From: an uncultured Bacteroidales bacterium
GTDB lineage: Bacteria; Bacteroidota; Bacteroidia; Bacteroidales; JAIPAH01
Assembly: GCA_964465045.1 (NCBI GenBank)
Contig: CAYXJS010000002.1
Coordinates: 1-60,259, forward strand
Reading direction: 5' to 3'
Length of the DNA stretch: 60,259 nt
The notes under the pieces were generated by a model. That model was given only the letters and a program-made list of their open reading frames with translations, was not told the origin of the DNA and ran no database searches. Each line of letters starts with the position of its first letter. Position 1 is the first letter of the stretch. The translations under genes were made by a program, and so were the position numbers. This document shows, one piece after another, positions 55,655 to 60,259 of the stretch.

Positions 55655-56703
55655 CGTATCCTGCTCATACAGCCTTTTTACCACGCATATCCTGGAAAGC
55701 GCTTTTGTTATTAACTTTTTTGGTTTTCTTTTTTTTGCTGAATTTGTTTACGGGCTCTGTAAGCATTCCTTTTCGGGATGTACTAACCATTTTTTTTTCA
55801 GATAATCCGGAAAATATTGTCTGGCAAAACATTATGTTAAAGTCTCGTCTGCCTCAGGCTATTACAGCGCTTACCGCCGGGGCGGCGCTTTCGGTTAGCG
55901 GATTGCAGATGCAAACGCTATTTCGGAATCCACTGGCCGGCCCTTCGGTATTGGGGATCAGCTCCGGAGCCAGCTTGGGGGTAGCGCTGGTCGTGTTGCT
56001 TTTTCAGGGTGTCGCCGGGATATCGTTTGCACAATCAGGCTGGCTCGGCAGTGCGGGAATTACAGCGGCATCGTTTGCCGGAGCTATGGGCGTTTTGATG
56101 ATAATCCTCATGGCCTCACGTAAAGTTTCTGACCCTACCGTTTTGTTGATTATCGGTATTATGATTGGCTATGCGGGCGCCTCACTGGTTGGTGTGCTTA
56201 AATTCTATTCAGATCAGGCAGACCTTAAAAATTATGTCATATGGGGACTGGGCAACTTTTCTAATGTTTCTTCAGAAGAGCTGGGTTTTTTCGTTTGGCC
56301 GGTATTGCTGATGCTTTTGATTTCTTTATTGTTTGTAAAGCCCATGAATTTATACTTGCTCGGTGAGCGTTATGCTCAAAACCTGGGTGTTAACATCAGT
56401 AAGATTCGGTTGTTTCTGATTCTCCTTTCCGGGATGCTGGTAGCAATAACTACGGCTTACACCGGACCGATTGCTTTCCTGGGGCTGGCTGTTCCGCACA
56501 TAGCCAGAAACTTTTTTGTTACCTCAGACAACAGGAGGTTATTGCCACTGACGATGGTGACCGGGGCTGCAATTGCCCTAATGTGTAATGCTGTAGCCCG
56601 TATGCCGGGATTCGAAGGAGCGCTGCCTATCAATACCATCACATCTATATTGGGAGCTCCTATTGTTATCTGGGTAATCATGAAACAAAAATCCCGTTTA
56701 TGA
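55651..56703 (+). CDS. FecCD/BtuC-family ABC transporter permease
   Basis: About 9-10 TM helices with typical FecCD motifs (RLPQAITALTAGAALSVSGLQMQTLFRNPLAGPSVLGISSGASLG...GPIAFLGLAVPHIAR). Confidence 0.9.
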   Translation: MTYPAHTAFLPRISWKALLLLTFLVFFFLLNLFTGSVSIPFRDVLTIFFSDNPENIVWQNIMLKSRLPQAITALTAGAALSVSGLQMQTLFRNPLAGPSVLGISSGASLGVALVVLLFQGVAGISFAQSGWLGSAGITAASFAGAMGVLMIILMASRKVSDPTVLLIIGIMIGYAGASLVGVLKFYSDQADLKNYVIWGLGNFSNVSSEELGFFVWPVLLMLLISLLFVKPMNLYLLGERYAQNLGVNISKIRLFLILLSGMLVAITTAYTGPIAFLGLAVPHIARNFFVTSDNRRLLPLTMVTGAAIALMCNAVARMPGFEGALPINTITSILGAPIVIWVIMKQKSRL

Positions 56704-57701
56704 AGCCTGTTTTAACTACATATGATTTGGCTATCGGTTTCCGCGAGAGCGGAAGGGATAAAATCTTACATCAAAACATTTCTCTTGATTTGATGCCGGG
56801 TGAGCTGAGTTGTATTTTAGGTCCTAATGGCGCAGGGAAATCGACGCTCATAAAAACGCTTGCCGGGTTTAATAAACCCTTAAGCGGTTCAGTGCAATTA
56901 TATGACTATGATGTTGGCAACGCTTCATACCGGGAGTTGTCCCATCTTTTGAGTATTGTGTTGACAGACCGGGTTTCGGTTCTACACAGCCGTGTTTTTG
57001 ACATTGTTTCGCTGGGCCGCTATCCACACACTTCTCTTTTTGCCCGCCTCAGAAAAGAAGACTATGATCAAATCCAAAAAGCATTAGACCAGGTTGGAAT
57101 CAGCCATATGCGCCAACGGCTTTTTGATCAATTGTCTGACGGAGAGAAACAAAAAGTGCTTATCGCAAAAGGATTGGCGCAAGATACACCTGTAATCATG
57201 CTGGATGAGCCAACAGCATTCCTTGACTTTCCAAGTAAAATTGAGGTAATGCAGATTTTACTGGACTTAACGAAGACGGCCGGAAAGGCGGTAGTGTTAT
57301 CTACCCATGATGTGGAGCTGGCTTTGCAGGTAGCCGACAGAATATGGCTTATGGATAAGGGAAAACCCATCATTTCAGGGTGCCCCGAAGATTTAGTATT
57401 AAATAATGAACTAAACCGTTTTTTTGAAAAGCAAAATATATTTTTTGATGCATACAGCGGAACATTCCGGCTAAAGACCAAAAACCAGAATAAAATTTCC
57501 GTAGAACAAAACCACTGGAAAAGCATTTGGATTAAAAGAGCGCTTGAGCGTATCGGTTATCAAATTGTTGCATCACAGCAGGGCATTTCAAAGGTTTTGG
57601 CCGATGAAAGTCTTAATATTTTATTACTTTCGCCAACAGGGAAACAACACGATTTTAAGGATATTGAGTCACTTATTAATTTTTTAAAAGGTTCACGATG
57701 A
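56700..57701 (+). CDS. ABC transporter ATP-binding protein (BtuD/FepC-like) with C-terminal extension
   Basis: Walker A GPNGAGKST, signature LSDGEKQKV, Walker B VIMLDEPTAFLD, H-loop STHD. An extra domain of about 90 aa lies at the C-terminus. ATGA overlaps on both sides. Confidence 0.9.
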   Translation: MKPVLTTYDLAIGFRESGRDKILHQNISLDLMPGELSCILGPNGAGKSTLIKTLAGFNKPLSGSVQLYDYDVGNASYRELSHLLSIVLTDRVSVLHSRVFDIVSLGRYPHTSLFARLRKEDYDQIQKALDQVGISHMRQRLFDQLSDGEKQKVLIAKGLAQDTPVIMLDEPTAFLDFPSKIEVMQILLDLTKTAGKAVVLSTHDVELALQVADRIWLMDKGKPIISGCPEDLVLNNELNRFFEKQNIFFDAYSGTFRLKTKNQNKISVEQNHWKSIWIKRALERIGYQIVASQQGISKVLADESLNILLLSPTGKQHDFKDIESLINFLKGSR

Positions 57702-59422
57702 AAAAGTTTTTTTTAAGCGGATTTCTGTTAGCGCTTTTCTTTTCGTTGCAGGCTCAGCGGACTGACATTATGGTTGATGGAATTACAGAAGAATGGGGCA
57801 CAGCAGAAGTTAACACTTATGATGATGAAACCGGCGACGGAAATGCTGTAGATATCACCTCGCTCTCTGCCACTAACGATGAGCGGTTTTTGTACATTTC
57901 ATTTACGCTAAGCGAGGAAATGCTGCTGAATAACAATAACAGTCTGAAACTTTACATTGATACGGATAATGATGATGCCACCGGAAATGCCATTAATGGT
58001 ATCGGTTCTGATTTTCAGTGGAACTTTGCCGAGCGCCGCGGATATTCCGAAATCGATCCGGGATCGCCGGTTTACCATAATCAGATAGATTTTACTGCGC
58101 TTCCTACAGTAACATCTGATACGTTTGAAATCAGGATAGACCGTTACGCAACCTTTAAAGGAGAGCCGCTCTTTCGGTCAGATTCTCTGCGCATCGTGTT
58201 AAAAGACGGCCTTGCCGGCGATATGGCGCCGGATAGCGATGAAACTTTTAGCTACGCATTTCAAAACATCGAAAACACTTTTCAGCCAAGCAATCTACAT
58301 CGAAGCGATGCAGTGGATATCCGTGTGATGTCATTTAATGTTTTACACGACGGCATTATCAAACCTGAAAAAAGACCATATTTCCGCCGGATAATCCGCG
58401 CCGCAAGTCCGGATGTGGCAGTTTTAAATGAATGCTGGGGTGCAACAACGTCTCAGATAATTGAACTTTTTAATGATTTTATTCCGCTTCCCGGCGGAGC
58501 CTCGTGGAACGCTGTAAAGAAAGACGGCGGTAATATTTTGGTTTCGCGTTATCCGTTTGCGGATTCTCACAGAATTCATCATGATATGCGCATTACAGCA
58601 GGAATAATAGATTTGCCTGATAATAAATTTGCGGGTGATTTCATGGTTGTAGGCGCCCATTTTCGTTGTTGTGATGCCAATGACGCCCGTCAGCGGGAGG
58701 CAGATGCTTTTGCTGCCTTTGTTCGCGAAGCGAAAAAAACGGGAGGAGATTTTTCCATCCCGGAAAACACACCCTTTTTCCTGGCAGGAGACCTGAATCT
58801 TGTAGGATATTCCCAGCAACTGGAAACTATTCTTACCGGTGAAATTGTTAACAGTGGTTTCGGCGAAAGCGAAATGCCCGACTGGGACAGCACCCCGCTT
58901 TTTGATGTTATCTCCTCGCAAACCGATGATCCGGTAGCTACTACCTGGAGAAGTAATACCAGCTCATACTGGCCCGGAAGGCTTGACTTTACAATTGTTT
59001 CCAATAGTGTGGCACAGGTATTAAGCTCATGGATCCTGGATACCGAAGATATGCCCCAGGACAGGCTTTCGAAATTCAACTTAGAGAAAAACGACACTAA
59101 AGAAGCATCAGACCATTTGCCTAAAGTTACGGATCTGAAATTTACCGGTCCGCTTTCAGCCCAGGCAACAGAGCCTAAACCAGTAAAGATTTATCCAAAT
59201 CCCGCTAAAGCAGAGCTTATTCTTGAAAGCATGAAATTACAGTTGGATACAGCCCGTTTTATTAGTATTGAAACAGGTAAAGAGATTGAAGTAAATACAT
59301 TTGATAAAGCGCATGAAGGCCTTTATCGTTTGGATACGCGCAACCTGCCGGCAGGTATTTATATTTTGGAATTAGTGGGAGATAAAAACCGACATTATGA
59401 AAAAGTGGTTATCAAAGATTAA
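57698..59422 (+). CDS. Secreted EEP-family (endonuclease/exonuclease/phosphatase) protein with N-terminal accessory domain and T9SS C-terminal sorting domain
   Basis: Signal peptide and EEP motifs (VMSFNVLHDG, VAVLNECW, GAHFRCC, LAGDLNLVG, SDHLPKV). The C-terminus VKIYPNPAKAELILES...GIYILELVGDKNRHYEKVVIKD is a Por_Secre_tail-type domain. Its ATG overlaps the ATPase stop (ATGA). Confidence 0.85.
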   Translation: MKKFFLSGFLLALFFSLQAQRTDIMVDGITEEWGTAEVNTYDDETGDGNAVDITSLSATNDERFLYISFTLSEEMLLNNNNSLKLYIDTDNDDATGNAINGIGSDFQWNFAERRGYSEIDPGSPVYHNQIDFTALPTVTSDTFEIRIDRYATFKGEPLFRSDSLRIVLKDGLAGDMAPDSDETFSYAFQNIENTFQPSNLHRSDAVDIRVMSFNVLHDGIIKPEKRPYFRRIIRAASPDVAVLNECWGATTSQIIELFNDFIPLPGGASWNAVKKDGGNILVSRYPFADSHRIHHDMRITAGIIDLPDNKFAGDFMVVGAHFRCCDANDARQREADAFAAFVREAKKTGGDFSIPENTPFFLAGDLNLVGYSQQLETILTGEIVNSGFGESEMPDWDSTPLFDVISSQTDDPVATTWRSNTSSYWPGRLDFTIVSNSVAQVLSSWILDTEDMPQDRLSKFNLEKNDTKEASDHLPKVTDLKFTGPLSAQATEPKPVKIYPNPAKAELILESMKLQLDTARFISIETGKEIEVNTFDKAHEGLYRLDTRNLPAGIYILELVGDKNRHYEKVVIKD

Positions 59423-60259
59423 TAAGAAGAATGTATTTCAAACAATTCTGGTTTCTGTTGTTTTAGTTTCATCCTTATTATTAATGAATGGTTGTGAAAA
59501 GATGAGAAAGGAAGTTGACCTGATTGTAACAAATGCCAGGGTATATACCGTAGATGAAACATTTTCTGTAAAAAGCGCTTTTGCTGTAAAAGATGGACAA
59601 TTTGAAGCCGTTGGGGATGAAAGTCTTTTGAAAAAGTTCGACGCCAAACGCGTAATTGATTTAAAAGGTAAACCGGTATATCCGGGTTTTATTGACGGAC
59701 ATTGTCATTTTTACTGGTATGGAATAAACCTGAGGGATGCTGACCTTTTCGGTACCCAATCTTTTGAAGAAATTCTTGATATCCTTGAAAAACACGACCA
59801 GGAAACAGACAGCCCATGGTTGCTTGGCAGGGGCTGGGATCAAAATGATTGGCCTGAAAAGTCTTTTCCTGATCGTAAGGAGCTTGACCGAAGATATCCA
59901 GAAAAGCCTGTCGTTTTAACGCGTATAGATGGTCATGCTGTTTTGGTAAATGAAGTGGCTATGGAGGCGCTGAAAATCACAGAACCGTCGCAGGTGACTG
60001 AGGGCGAAGCCATAATTGAAGATGGCAGGCTAACCGGAGTGTTTTTGGAAAATACGGCAAATCAATTTAAAGATGCCGTTCCCGAACCAACCGTTGATGA
60101 GCAGCGTGAAGCCTTAATGCAGGCCCAGGAAAACTGTTTTGCTGTGGGCCTTACCAGCTTATTCGATGCCGGGCTGGACAATAAGACGATTAAGTTGATC
60201 GAAAGCATGCAGGATGAAGGAAAGCTTAAGATGCAACTCGATATTATGCTGACACCCAA
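59397..60259 (+). CDS. Amidohydrolase-3 (YtcJ-like) metal-dependent hydrolase, probable lipoprotein (partial; continues beyond the window end)
   Basis: Not in the ORF track (no stop in window). My translation from ATG 59397 reads MKKWLSKINKKNVFQTILVSVVLVSSLLLMNGCEKMRKEVDLIVTNARVYTVDETF...VYPGFIDGHCHFYWYG...GRGWDQNDWPEK...LTRIDGHAVLVN.... The HxH metal motif and the GWDQ and RxDGH motifs are typical of this family. Overlaps the upstream gene by 26 nt. Confidence 0.85.
   Translation, partial: MKKWLSKINKKNVFQTILVSVVLVSSLLLMNGCEKMRKEVDLIVTNARVYTVDETFSVKSAFAVKDGQFEAVGDESLLKKFDAKRVIDLKGKPVYPGFIDGHCHFYWYGINLRDADLFGTQSFEEILDILEKHDQETDSPWLLGRGWDQNDWPEKSFPDRKELDRRYPEKPVVLTRIDGHAVLVNEVAMEALKITEPSQVTEGEAIIEDGRLTGVFLENTANQFKDAVPEPTVDEQREALMQAQENCFAVGLTSLFDAGLDNKTIKLIESMQDEGKLKMQLDIMLTP

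Overview
Gene-dense chromosomal segment that looks Bacteroidota-derived: three proteins end in T9SS Por-type C-terminal sorting domains, there are TAnnTTTG-type -7 boxes, and many genes have ATGA-type overlaps. I support 47 CDS. Two are partial at the window edges and missing from the ORF track because they lack an in-window stop. I also support one cobalamin riboswitch, two intrinsic terminators and a two-copy composite intergenic repeat. I saw no rRNA, tRNA, CRISPR array, transposase or integrase.

Layout:
- 1-4553: heavy-metal RND efflux genes, with a CusA/CzcA-like pump (partial), an adaptor and a small His-rich protein.
- 4.6-20.1 kb: mixed housekeeping and envelope genes, namely a nucleotidyltransferase, a TPR histidine kinase, a 1012-aa protease-propeller-barrel protein, a Kef-type antiporter, rplS, trmD, a T9SS S8 peptidase, an XRE HTH, ndk, an NrnA-like protein and an FKBP isomerase.
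- 20152-45709: one uninterrupted minus-strand run of 20 genes forming an exopolysaccharide-type locus. It opens with a stand-alone receiver and a pseudo-receiver::phosphoglycosyl-transferase fusion. It continues through a half-size TolC-like protein, a LysM-bearing Wzc-like co-polymerase, Wzx, Wzy, nine glycosyltransferases (three tandem paralog pairs), an acetyltransferase, two methyltransferases and a T9SS beta-helix protein, and ends in two hybrid histidine kinases.
- 45.8-54.1 kb: uvrB, then two membrane EEP paralogs, two rhomboid paralogs and mutL.
- 54.3-60.3 kb: a cobalamin riboswitch in front of BtuFCD-like genes that are translationally coupled to a T9SS EEP-family protein and an amidohydrolase (partial).

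The best candidate for something undescribed is the receiver / pseudo-receiver-PGT pair and the atypical export module of the polysaccharide locus. The second-best is the mosaic short-repeat element that abuts the start codons of two unrelated genes. All family calls rest on motif recognition by eye; no database search was possible.
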